NCBI GenBank assembly: GCA_017631855.1
Contig: JAGBSP010000004.1
Location: 81 to 64,080, forward strand
DNA length: 64,000 nucleotides
Direction of reading: 5' to 3'
DNA from: Clostridia bacterium
GTDB taxonomy: Bacteria; Bacillota; Clostridia; Oscillospirales; CAG-272
Part shown: piece by piece, positions 47,451 to 56,054 of the stretch
How positions within the stretch are numbered: the stretch's first letter is position 1
How the letters are laid out: every line of letters begins with the position of its first letter
Notes under the pieces: model-generated
Told to the model about the DNA's origin: nothing
The model's input: only the letters and a program-made list of their open reading frames with translations
Databases searched by the model: none
Position numbers and translations under genes: made by a program

Positions 47451-48296
47451 TCAGCTACCGCAACCGCACTTTCCGCCGCGTCCGTCGGTAGAAGCAGGGG
47501 TATATCCCGGAGGGCAAAACTCCGCCGTCGGGAATGCCATCGAGCGAAAGATTGCGCAAGGATTATCCTCTTCGGTCGAAACACATTCCTTATCGGGCAC
47601 GCAATACTCGGTCGCGTGAATCAAATACTGCGCAGGACGAACAATCCGAACAACCGAGAAAATGCCAAAGGACACGGTAACGTAGCGTCCGTCCGCATCG
47701 CGCAGCGATCCGTTCAGAAGGCGCGACACCGTTTCGGGAATATCGTTACAGCAACAACCGCAGCAGTCACAGCAGCCGTCGTCCGCTTCACGAACCTTCG
47801 TATTGAGAATGATCGGGTCAACCACCTCAACAATGGCAATCGGCACGTTCTTTGTGGAGCAGCAAGGCTCGGGAACGGTACAGTAATCCGAGGTGTCGGG
47901 ACTGCTCTTGAAAATGCTGACGTTGCTTTCACTACCGTAAAGCACAACCTTCTTTTCCAATACCGCAACGCCATCAAACTCCTGACTGCGTCCGCCGCAC
48001 AGACAAGCCTCAAACGTCACCTTAACGTAAAATTTGATCGTAACGGAATAGAAGCCGCGATTGAATTTCACGGGATCAATTCCGATATAAGTCCAAGTAA
48101 TACAAGCATTCTTTGCGCGGATATTGGTTGTATGCTCCAAAATCTCATTTCCGAAATCGGTCAGCAATACCCTAACGTCCTCAAAGCAATCCCGATCGCG
48201 GCAAGAATCCAAAATTCGATTGGTTTCGATGGTCACCATCTCATTTCTTGCCGAATTTTTTTCAGAGGGACCGCAAGAAAATCTGTTGTCTGACAT
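47451..48296 (-). CDS. hypothetical cysteine-rich protein (281 aa, 22 Cys)
   Basis: ATG 48296 has an AGGAGG RBS and the gene has its own terminator. It contains DDGCCDCCGCCCND and ends GKCGCGS. No family recognised. Confidence 0.7.
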   Translation of the reverse strand: MSDNRFSCGPSEKNSARNEMVTIETNRILDSCRDRDCFEDVRVLLTDFGNEILEHTTNIRAKNACITWTYIGIDPVKFNRGFYSVTIKFYVKVTFEACLCGGRSQEFDGVAVLEKKVVLYGSESNVSIFKSSPDTSDYCTVPEPCCSTKNVPIAIVEVVDPIILNTKVREADDGCCDCCGCCCNDIPETVSRLLNGSLRDADGRYVTVSFGIFSVVRIVRPAQYLIHATEYCVPDKECVSTEEDNPCAIFRSMAFPTAEFCPPGYTPASTDGRGGKCGCGS

Positions 48297-48432
48297 ATAA
48301 TAATTCTCCTCCTGAATCAATAATCAAAGCCATCGGCTTTTCCTTCTTAGTGTATGCAAAGAAACAAATTTTGACAATTCGGGCAAAGAAGTTGTTTTTG
48401 TAAAAATAATCGAAGATATTTGCAAGAAACAC

Positions 48433-48461
48433 TTGAAAAAAACTTAAAAATGTATTAAAAT
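48433..48461 (+). promoter_or_regulatory. possible sigma-A-type promoter for the DUF1846 gene
   Basis: TTGAAA, 17-nt spacer, TAAAAT. Confidence 0.4.
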
Positions 48462-48501
48462 ATATATAATTGGTTTTCAAATATAATTTGGAGAGGGTTT
48501 T

Positions 48502-49986
48502 ATGAACGCAATCGGCTTTGACAGTAATAAATATATTCAGTTGCAATCTCAAAAAATTCAAGAAAGAATTTCAAGCTTCGGCGGAAAGCTCTATCTTGAA
48601 TTCGGCGGAAAGCTCTTTGACGACTATCATGCCGCCAGAGTTCTCCCGGGCTTTTATCCAGACAACAAAATCAAAATGCTTCTGCATATGAAAGAAGATA
48701 CCGAGGTGATCATCGTTGTATCTGCCACGTCGATCGAGCAAAATAAGATGCGCGGTGACCTTGGCATTTCTTACGATCTGGATACGCTTCGTCTGCTCGA
48801 TACCTTTTCGGATATTGGAATGTACGTCAGCGGCGTCGTTATTACCCAATATATGCAGCAACCCTCGGTAGATGCGTTCATCAAGCGTCTGGACAACCTC
48901 GGCGTCAAGGTTTACCGTCATTATCCCATTGAGGGGTATCCGACCAACGTTCAAAAAATCGTTAGCGACGCAGGCTACGGAAAGAACGACTATATCGAAA
49001 CCACAAAATCGCTCGTCGTTGTCACCGCCCCCGGTCCCGGTAGCGGTAAGATGGCAACCTGCCTCTCTCAGCTCTACCACGATCACAAGCGCGGAATCAA
49101 GGCAGGATATGCAAAATTCGAAACCTTCCCCGTGTGGAATCTTCCCTTAAAGCATCCCGTCAATATGGCGTACGAGTCGGCAACGATCGACCTCAACGAC
49201 GTCAATATGATCGACCCTTTCCATTTGGAAGCAACGGGGGTGACGACGGTCAACTATAACAGAGATATTGAAATCTTCCCTGTTCTCAAAGCGATCTTTG
49301 AAAAAATTTACGGCGAATGCCCCTATAAGTCCCCGACCGATATGGGAGTCAATATGGTTGGCTACTGTATTACCGATCCCGATGTCGTGTTCAAGGCATC
49401 CAAAATGGAAATTGTTCGCCGCTATTATGATACGCTCTGCCGCAAGAGAAACGGTCTTGCCGATGCCGAAGAGGTATACAAAGCTGAGCTAATTATGAAC
49501 CAAGTAGGAATCGACGTTAATTTCCGTCAGGTTGTAAAATCGTCTTTGACCAAAGCAGAAGAAACAGGAAAGCCTGCCGCCGCAATCGAGCTTCCCGACG
49601 GATCGATCGTTACGGGAAAAACCTCGAACCTGATGGGTTCTGCCGCAGCAGTTCTTCTGAATGCACTCAAAAAGCTTGGTGGAATCAACGACGAATTTCT
49701 CTTGCTCCCTCCCGTGGTAATCGAACCCTTGCAAAAGCTGAAAACCGAGAACCTCGGAAATCGCAACCCCAGACTCCATGCCGATGAAATTCTGATGGCA
49801 CTTGCAATTTCTGCTACCACCAACCCGATGGCAGCACTTGCAATGGAGCAGCTTCCCAAGCTCAAGGGCGCACAGGCACACGTCAGCGTCATCGTTTCCA
49901 GTGTTGATAAAACCATCTACCGCAAGCTCGGCATTGATCTGACCTGCGAACCGGTATATGAAAGAAAAAAGCTTTATCACAAATAA
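48502..49986 (+). CDS. DUF1846 / UPF0371 family protein
   Basis: 494 aa. The N-terminus GFDSNKYIQLQSQKI...GGKLFDDYHAARVLPGF is typical of the family as I recall it. Confidence 0.88.
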   Translation: MNAIGFDSNKYIQLQSQKIQERISSFGGKLYLEFGGKLFDDYHAARVLPGFYPDNKIKMLLHMKEDTEVIIVVSATSIEQNKMRGDLGISYDLDTLRLLDTFSDIGMYVSGVVITQYMQQPSVDAFIKRLDNLGVKVYRHYPIEGYPTNVQKIVSDAGYGKNDYIETTKSLVVVTAPGPGSGKMATCLSQLYHDHKRGIKAGYAKFETFPVWNLPLKHPVNMAYESATIDLNDVNMIDPFHLEATGVTTVNYNRDIEIFPVLKAIFEKIYGECPYKSPTDMGVNMVGYCITDPDVVFKASKMEIVRRYYDTLCRKRNGLADAEEVYKAELIMNQVGIDVNFRQVVKSSLTKAEETGKPAAAIELPDGSIVTGKTSNLMGSAAAVLLNALKKLGGINDEFLLLPPVVIEPLQKLKTENLGNRNPRLHADEILMALAISATTNPMAALAMEQLPKLKGAQAHVSVIVSSVDKTIYRKLGIDLTCEPVYERKKLYHK

Positions 49987-50000
49987 AAGATAAAGTACAA

Positions 50001-50047
50001 AATCGCCTCCAATAAGCAATCTCTTGTTGGAGGCGATTCTGTTTTTT
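50001..50047 (+). terminator. rho-independent terminator
   Basis: aatcgcctccaa/ttggaggcgatt hairpin followed by a T-run. Confidence 0.7.
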
Positions 50048-50089
50048 AAAATTCTCAGAAAATGAGAAAAAAACTCATAAACTGAGCGC

Positions 50090-50118
50090 TTGATTGCGAT
50101 TTAAATGTATGCTATACT
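50090..50118 (+). promoter_or_regulatory. sigma-A-type promoter for the XRE regulator gene
   Basis: TTGATT (50090-50095), 17-nt spacer, TATACT (50113-50118). Confidence 0.45.
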
Positions 50119-50172
50119 ATGATCACCGGTAAAACAACTCCTCTGTACAGAGTATCACAGAAAGGAAATGGT

Positions 50173-51366
50173 ATGAAATTGAATTTAGGAAATCAAATCC
50201 GTCTAAATCGTCGGCGTATGAACCTTACCCAAGAACAATTGGCTGAAAAATTCGGAACATCTCCTCAAGCCGTTTCGCGTTGGGAGAACGGAACAACCTA
50301 TCCAGACATCGAGATGTTGCCTATGATCGCATCTTTTTTTGAAATATCGCTGGATGCATTGCTTGGATGCACCGAAGAAGAAAAGGAAAATTTCTGTACC
50401 GAGCTTCAAAAATCATTTGAAGATGCCGTCCGTGCAAAAGATATTGAAAAAACGATCGAGGTCATGCGCGAAATCCGCCGTAATCTCAGAGAATATCAAT
50501 ATTATTCCTTTTGGGAAATTTATTGCGAGATTTGGAAAGCTCGCTTATTCAGCAATGAAAAAGTGCTTGAAGAAATGCGTCTTTTGGCAGAAGAAATCTT
50601 TCAAACATGTCCAAAAGATGACCAGTATGCAGTCATCGAATGGATGGCAGGAATGGAAAACGATGCGCATATTGATGCCTTTTTGGACGCATATGCCAGC
50701 CGTGAGGATATGGCTCGCTCTCTGTTGCTGTTAAGAAGATACAGAATGCGCCAAGAATCAGATAAAATTGAACCAATAAGACAGTATCGGCTATGGACAG
50801 AACTTTCGAATATCATAAGTACAGCAAATGATTGGCAAGAATATTCTTGCAAGGATCCCGAGCATTTTATTTGGTTTTGCGAAACACAGTTGAACTATTT
50901 GAATGCCATAAACAATTTATCTCCCGACAAGAAACATATGATCAGCGGTGCCGATCAGCCTGATTTGTGGTGCGATGAAAGAATTCAACTTGGCTTGCGT
51001 TATACGGCAGCAATGGCAAAACTTGAAAGAATGGATGAAGCATACGATGTTTTCGAAGACACAATCCGTGTCATAGAACAGGTAATGTCAATTTCCAAGG
51101 ATGAATTTGAACTTGGATGCTCTTCACCGGCACTGAAAGACTTTACACTCAAATCAAAATTTTATTGGACTGAAGAAAGCGACGGATACGAATATAAATT
51201 TCTTGGTATGGAGCATCAAGATTGGGGTGTTTGTGTACAACCATACTGTTATAGAAATGCCATCAAAAATTCTTGGTTTGATTCTATGAGAGCAGATCAG
51301 CGATTTGATTCACTTTTTGAAAGATTAAACAAGTGCGTCATTTACAGAGAAAAAAAGATTGATTGA
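50173..51366 (+). CDS. XRE-family HTH regulator with a ~330-aa helical C-terminal domain
   Basis: Start moved to MKLNLGNQIRLNRRRMNLTQEQLAEKFGTSPQAVSRWENG, a Cro/C1 HTH. The remainder looks helical-repeat-like. Confidence 0.8.
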   Translation: MKLNLGNQIRLNRRRMNLTQEQLAEKFGTSPQAVSRWENGTTYPDIEMLPMIASFFEISLDALLGCTEEEKENFCTELQKSFEDAVRAKDIEKTIEVMREIRRNLREYQYYSFWEIYCEIWKARLFSNEKVLEEMRLLAEEIFQTCPKDDQYAVIEWMAGMENDAHIDAFLDAYASREDMARSLLLLRRYRMRQESDKIEPIRQYRLWTELSNIISTANDWQEYSCKDPEHFIWFCETQLNYLNAINNLSPDKKHMISGADQPDLWCDERIQLGLRYTAAMAKLERMDEAYDVFEDTIRVIEQVMSISKDEFELGCSSPALKDFTLKSKFYWTEESDGYEYKFLGMEHQDWGVCVQPYCYRNAIKNSWFDSMRADQRFDSLFERLNKCVIYREKKID

Positions 51367-51383
51367 TTCTCAATTCAAAGAAC

Positions 51384-51424
51384 AAAATCCTTCGACAAGG
51401 AATATCCTTGTCGAAGGATTTTGT
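51384..51424. terminator. bidirectional terminator
   Basis: 17-bp hairpin aaaatccttcgacaagg/ccttgtcgaaggatttt. Confidence 0.7.
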
Positions 51425-51430
51425 TTTTAT

Positions 51431-52840
51431 TTAAGATAACTGCTCATCAATCGATTTTGCGGCAAGCTTGCCCGCGCCCATCGCGGAAATGACCGTAGCG
51501 GCGCCCGTGACGGCGTCACCGCCGGCATACACGCCCTTACGCGTCGTTTCGCCCGTCGTTTCTTCGACGATAATTCCTCCGCGCTTATTCACTTCAAGTC
51601 CCGCGGTTGTCATTTTGATCAGCGGATTCGGCGACGTACCGATCGACATAATCACAGTATCTACGTCAATCATAAATTCACTACCCTCGATCGGAATCGG
51701 TCTGCGGCGTCCACGCTCGTCGGGTTCGCCAAGCTCCATCTTGATACATTTCAACCCCGAAACGAATCCGTTTTTCGGATCGCGCCGATCTTCGGGATTT
51801 TCATAGCCCAAGATCTCCACAGGATTGTGTAAAAGAAGGAACTCAATTCCCTCTTCCATTGCGTGCTCGACCTCTTCCCGACGCGCAGGAAGCTCCTCTA
51901 ACGAGCGGCGATATACAATATATACCTTTTCCGCGCCCAAGCGAAGTGCGGTTCTTGCCGCATCCATCGCAACATTTCCACCGCCCACGACAGCGACACA
52001 ACCGCCCTTCATAATCGGGGTCACGGGATTTTCACGGTATGCTTTCATCAAATTGGAACGGGTCAAAAACTCGTTCGCAGAATATACACCCTTGAGGGAT
52101 TCTCCGGGGATTCCCATAAAGTTCGGAAGTCCCGCACCCGATGCGATAAAGATTGCCTCATATCCCATCTCGTTCAGTTCATCCACCGTCAAGGTCTTTC
52201 CAATGACCATATTGGTCTTGATTTCCACACCCATCGAGATCAAATGATCCACCTCTTTTTGTACGATTGCCTTGGGCAAACGGAATTCGGGAATACCGTA
52301 TACCAAAACACCGCCGGCGGCGTGAAGTGCTTCAAACACCGTTACAGAATATCCTTTTTTAGCAAGATCTCCCGCACAAGTCAAGCCGGCAGGTCCTGCA
52401 CCAACTATGGCAACCTTATGACCGTTGGAAGGCGCCGCCAAAGGAAGTTCGTCCGAATGCGCGTTATGCCAATCGGCAACAAAGCGTTCCAAGCGTCCGA
52501 TCCCCACGGGTTCTCCCTTAATACCGCGCACGCACTTGCTCTCGCACTGCGTTTCCTGCGGACAAACACGTCCGCAAACTGCGGGAAGACTGGAGCTCTG
52601 TTGAATCACCTGATATGCGCCCTCAAAATCCCCTTCCTTGATCTTTGCGATAAATTCGGGAATATGAACGTTGACGGGACATCCCGCAACACAAGGCATA
52701 TTCTTACAGTTCAAGCAACGAAGCGCCTCGTCGATTGCCGTTGCCTCATCATATCCTAATGCAACCTCATCAAAATTATGAGCGCGAACCAAAGGCTCCT
52801 GCGACGGCATCGGATTTTTTTTGATCGTCATATTAGCCAT
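51431..52840 (-). CDS. nfnB: NADPH-dependent glutamate-synthase-small-chain-like oxidoreductase (NfnB/GltD type)
   Basis: Start at MANMTIKK (ATG 52840). Two N-terminal Cys clusters, the FAD/NAD motifs VAIVGAGPAGL and VVGGGNVAMD, and pairing with a PyrK-like subunit. Confidence 0.85.
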   Translation of the reverse strand: MANMTIKKNPMPSQEPLVRAHNFDEVALGYDEATAIDEALRCLNCKNMPCVAGCPVNVHIPEFIAKIKEGDFEGAYQVIQQSSSLPAVCGRVCPQETQCESKCVRGIKGEPVGIGRLERFVADWHNAHSDELPLAAPSNGHKVAIVGAGPAGLTCAGDLAKKGYSVTVFEALHAAGGVLVYGIPEFRLPKAIVQKEVDHLISMGVEIKTNMVIGKTLTVDELNEMGYEAIFIASGAGLPNFMGIPGESLKGVYSANEFLTRSNLMKAYRENPVTPIMKGGCVAVVGGGNVAMDAARTALRLGAEKVYIVYRRSLEELPARREEVEHAMEEGIEFLLLHNPVEILGYENPEDRRDPKNGFVSGLKCIKMELGEPDERGRRRPIPIEGSEFMIDVDTVIMSIGTSPNPLIKMTTAGLEVNKRGGIIVEETTGETTRKGVYAGGDAVTGAATVISAMGAGKLAAKSIDEQLS

Positions 52841-53694
52841 TACCGAACCTCCTTGGAAAAGAGATTGCAAGCTTCTTCGTATGCGTGGCGCTCAAAGTCG
52901 CGATACATTGCACCGCGCGACATTGCTTCATCAAAATCGACCTCATATCCGTTAAAATCGGGACCGCTGACGCAAGCAAATTCGGTCACACGCTGACCGT
53001 CACGATGCAAGGTCAAACGGCAACCGCCGCACATTCCCGTGCCGTCGATCATAATCGGATTCATCGAAACAGTACAAGGAATTCCCGTAGGACGTACTGC
53101 TTCCACAACAAACTTCATCATAATCAGCGGACCAATCGTAATAACCTCATCAAAACGCTCACCCGCCTCAAACATTTCCACAAGAGGCATACAAACGTTG
53201 CCGTGTCTTGCATATGATCCATCATCGGTCGTAACAATCAAGCGATCAGACACAGCGCGAAATTCGTCTTCCAAAATCAAAAGATCCTTGGAGCGAAAAC
53301 CGATGATCGAGGTTACCTCACACCCAAGCTCGTGGAGCTTTCTTGCTACGGGAAGCGCAATTGCGCAACCAACACCACCGCCAACAATACAAACCTTCTT
53401 AAGATCTTCCACTTTAGTTTTTTGTCCCAGCGGTCCTACAAAGTCGGAAATATACTCGCCCTCATTTTTTTGGTTCAAAAGCGCAGTCGTTGCACCTACG
53501 ATCTGGAAAATAATCGTTACCGTTCCACGCGCACGATCATAACCTGCGACAGTCAGCGGAATACGCTCTCCTTCTTCATTAACACGAAGAATGATAAACT
53601 GTCCCGGCTCTGCCTTTGCCGCCACGAACGGCGCTTCGATTTCCATCAAAGTAACCGTAGGATTTAAACTTTCTTTTTTTACGATCTTATACAT
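52840..53694 (-). CDS. nfnA: ferredoxin-NADP reductase-like FAD/[2Fe-2S] subunit (NfnA/PyrK type)
   Basis: Start at MYKIVKKE (ATG 53694). It has a C-terminal cluster motif GTGMCGGC. The stop overlaps the next start (TAATG). Confidence 0.83.
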   Translation of the reverse strand: MYKIVKKESLNPTVTLMEIEAPFVAAKAEPGQFIILRVNEEGERIPLTVAGYDRARGTVTIIFQIVGATTALLNQKNEGEYISDFVGPLGQKTKVEDLKKVCIVGGGVGCAIALPVARKLHELGCEVTSIIGFRSKDLLILEDEFRAVSDRLIVTTDDGSYARHGNVCMPLVEMFEAGERFDEVITIGPLIMMKFVVEAVRPTGIPCTVSMNPIMIDGTGMCGGCRLTLHRDGQRVTEFACVSGPDFNGYEVDFDEAMSRGAMYRDFERHAYEEACNLFSKEVR

Positions 53695-53713
53695 AACTAT
53701 TTCCTTAAAACCC

Positions 53714-53748
53714 AAAAAAGATATTCAGCAAATGCCGAATATCTTTTT
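53714..53748 (-). terminator. rho-independent terminator after tsf
   Basis: aaaagatattc/gaatatctttt hairpin followed by a T-run on the minus strand. Confidence 0.65.
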
Positions 53749-53777
53749 CGGTTGTATCATTTCATAAAAGAAATATC

Positions 53778-54710
53778 TTAGTTGTTTCCGGTGAGCTTTG
53801 CAATCTCGTCTGCAAAGTTCTCTTCTCTCTTCTGGATACCCTCGCCCTTTTCAAAGCGGTAGAAGCCGGTAACGGTAATGTTGCCGCCAAGCTCCTTTGC
53901 AGTAGCGTCTACGTACTGGCCAACCTTCATATCGTCGTCCTTAACGTAGCCCATATCCAACAGACAGTTGTTGTCGTAGAACTTGCTGATACGACCCGTA
54001 ACCATCTTCTCGATGATCTGAGCGGGCTTCTTTGCGTTGGCGGGATCGTTTGCGATCTGAGCCATCAGAATTGCCTTCTCTTCCTCGATGACAGAAGCGG
54101 GAACAGCGTCCTTGTTGAGGTAAGGCGTAGGATATGCGCCAACCTGAAGAGCGATGTTCTTTGCGAACTCAGCAAAGCCGTCCTTTGCAGCAACAGCCTC
54201 GTCAGCGTCAAAGGTAACGATAACGCCGATCGTACCGGTTCCGTGAATGTAGGTGCTGGTCAGACCCTCTGCAACTACGAAACGGCGGATGCTGATCTTC
54301 TCACCAATGACGAAGATCATTTCCTTCAGCTTTGCATCAACGGTAGCAGAACCGTCGATATAGTTCGAAGCCAGAAGCGCGTCAACGTCAGCGGGCTTGT
54401 TTGCAATAATGGTCTTGAGCAGGTTCTTTACGAACTCCTGGAAGGATGCGTTCTTTGCAACGAAGTCGGTTTCAGAGTTAACCTCGATCATTGCGGTGGT
54501 GTTGCCTTCCTTCATAATATCAACGATACCGTCAGCAGCAATTCTGGTAGCAGCCTTAGCCTCTGCCTTCAGCTCGCCTCTCTTACGGAGAATCTTGATC
54601 GCTTCTTCTACGTCACCCTCAGCCTCAACGAGAGCCTTCTTACACTCCATCATACCGATACCGGTCTTTGCGCGGAGAGCAGCAACGTCTTTTGCAGTAA
54701 TGTTTGCCAT
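53778..54710 (-). CDS. tsf: translation elongation factor Ts
   Basis: 310 aa with the UBA-like N-terminus ITAKDVAALRAKTGIGMMECKKAL. Confidence 0.97.
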   Translation of the reverse strand: MANITAKDVAALRAKTGIGMMECKKALVEAEGDVEEAIKILRKRGELKAEAKAATRIAADGIVDIMKEGNTTAMIEVNSETDFVAKNASFQEFVKNLLKTIIANKPADVDALLASNYIDGSATVDAKLKEMIFVIGEKISIRRFVVAEGLTSTYIHGTGTIGVIVTFDADEAVAAKDGFAEFAKNIALQVGAYPTPYLNKDAVPASVIEEEKAILMAQIANDPANAKKPAQIIEKMVTGRISKFYDNNCLLDMGYVKDDDMKVGQYVDATAKELGGNITVTGFYRFEKGEGIQKREENFADEIAKLTGNN

Positions 54711-54750
54711 AATTCAATCGTCCTTTCAATTATTTATCTTTGGGTTAGAA

Positions 54751-55497
54751 TTATTCAGCGTCAGCAGCGTCAGCAGCCTCAGCAGCTTCCTCAGCTACCT
54801 CTTCAACTACCTGCTCGCCCTGCTTGCCCTCGATTACAGCATCAGCAAGCGAAGCCGAGATCAGCTTGATTGCACGGATTGCGTCATCGTTACCGGGAAT
54901 GATATAGTCAGCATCATCGGGATCGCAGTTGGTGTCAACGATAGCAACAACCGGAATACCGAGCTTCTTTGCTTCGAGAACTGCGTTTCTTTCCTTCTTG
55001 GGGTCAACGATAAAGATTGCTGCGGGCAGCTCATCCATATTCTTGATACCGCCGTAGTTCTTTTCGAGGTCGAAGATTTCCTTCTGCTTTGCAGCAACTT
55101 CCTTCTTGGGAAGCAGATCGAAGGTTCCGTCCTCCTGCATCTTTTCAAGGCTGTTCAGACGTCCGATCGAACGCTTGATGGTCTTGAAGTTGGTCATCAT
55201 ACCGCCGGGCCAACGAACGTTAACGTAGTACATTCCGCAACGGGTAGCCTCTTCCTTGATGGCGTCAGCTGCCTGCTTCTTCGTACCAACGAAGAGAATG
55301 TTTCCGCCCTGAGCGGCAACGTCACGAACGAACGCATATGCCTCATCGAACTTCTTAACGGTTTTCTGAAGGTCGATGATGTAGATGCCGTTTCTTTCGG
55401 TGAAGATGTATTCCTGCATCTTAGGATTCCATCTTCTGGTGTTGTGTCCAAAATGAACACCTGCTTCGAGAAGCTGTTTGATAGAGATGATAGACAT
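54751..55497 (-). CDS. rpsB: 30S ribosomal protein S2
   Basis: Start at [18 protein letters not shown] (ATG 55497) with a GGAGG RBS. Acidic Ala/Glu/Asp C-terminal tail. Confidence 0.97.
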   Translation of the reverse strand: MSIISIKQLLEAGVHFGHNTRRWNPKMQEYIFTERNGIYIIDLQKTVKKFDEAYAFVRDVAAQGGNILFVGTKKQAADAIKEEATRCGMYYVNVRWPGGMMTNFKTIKRSIGRLNSLEKMQEDGTFDLLPKKEVAAKQKEIFDLEKNYGGIKNMDELPAAIFIVDPKKERNAVLEAKKLGIPVVAIVDTNCDPDDADYIIPGNDDAIRAIKLISASLADAVIEGKQGEQVVEEVAEEAAEAADAADAE

Positions 55498-55632
55498 TTT
55501 TATGTCCTCCTTCGGTTTTTCCACCACGTTACGTAGCAATTTTGTTGCCGAATGACAACACCGCATTACCAAATAGCAACGTGTGTGTATTAATATTTTG
55601 CATAGAACTCTATTTTCTACGCAATTATAAAG

Positions 55633-55661
55633 ATTATACCATATTTCTTCTTATCTTGCAA
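55633..55661 (-). promoter_or_regulatory. sigma-A-type promoter for rpsB-tsf (about 130-nt leader)
   Basis: Minus strand: TTGCAA, 17-nt spacer, TGgTATAAT. Confidence 0.55.
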
Positions 55662-55694
55662 CATCATTTTCGTCTGTTTACAAAATATTTACAA

Positions 55695-55982
55695 TTAAAA
55701 AAATGACCGTTTCTTTTTCCTCTGATCTGCCCTGCACAGATCTGCCTCCAAGAGTCGGACAAGGATAGCATCTTCTCCGATACATTCGATTTTCTGCCAC
55801 GGGATAATGAGGTCGTTGCAATGGCTAAGTCCCAAAAATCCGCTCGGACGCGGAACAATAATCGCTACGATCCTTCCATCACATACGTTCACTTCAAAAT
55901 CTTCCGGACATCCGAGTCTCGTACCGTCGCAAAGATTGATCACTTCTTTTTCGCGTAAGCTGCAAGTATTTAACCGTTCCAT
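55695..55982 (-). CDS. YlmC/YmxH family sporulation protein (PRC barrel)
   Basis: Start at MERLNTCSLREKEVINLCDGTRLG (ATG 55982) with an AAGGAG RBS. Family-typical sequence. Confidence 0.85.
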   Translation of the reverse strand: MERLNTCSLREKEVINLCDGTRLGCPEDFEVNVCDGRIVAIIVPRPSGFLGLSHCNDLIIPWQKIECIGEDAILVRLLEADLCRADQRKKKRSFF

Positions 55983-55983
55983 A

Positions 55984-56035
55984 AAAATCTCCTTTGCCAA
56001 AGCTTGATAGTATCACTTTATGCAAAGGAGATTTT
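55984..56035 (-). promoter_or_regulatory. perfect 14-bp hairpin pairing with the ylmC Shine-Dalgarno sequence
   Basis: Minus-strand RNA: AAAAUCUCCUUUGC, a 24-nt loop, GCAAAGGAGAUUUU, then U AUG. The arms are at 56022-56035 and 55984-55997. Confidence 0.5.
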
Positions 56036-56054
56036 GTTCATTCAGGGCGCGATA

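Noticed and set aside
47318-47584. An 89-codon N-terminal extension of the mrp ORF.
   Set aside because: It overlaps the end and terminator of the Cys-rich gene. The Mrp-typical Cys-rich N-terminus starts at ATG 47317.
47301-48293. A 330-codon plus-strand ORF antisense to the Cys-rich protein gene.
   Set aside because: The minus-strand ORF has an AGGAGG RBS at correct spacing and its own terminator. The plus-strand ORF has neither, starts inside the mrp leader, and reads as R/A/N-rich antisense-type sequence.
50062-50085. A 7-codon ORF (MRKKLIN) upstream of the XRE regulator, considered as a possible signalling pro-peptide.
   Set aside because: It is too short for a secreted RNPP/Rgg-type pro-peptide. 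It lies inside the palindrome upstream of the promoter and has no RBS.
54397-55536. A 379-codon plus-strand ORF antisense to tsf and rpsB.
   Set aside because: Same codon-bias artefact opposite two highly expressed genes. It spans the intergenic gap, and its translation is junk-like.
55498-55632. The ~130-nt rpsB 5' leader, examined as a possible S2 autoregulatory structure.
   Set aside because: Only short, ambiguous stems are visible (for example TGTTG/CAACA and CACGTT/AACGTG). I cannot support a defined element without covariation data.
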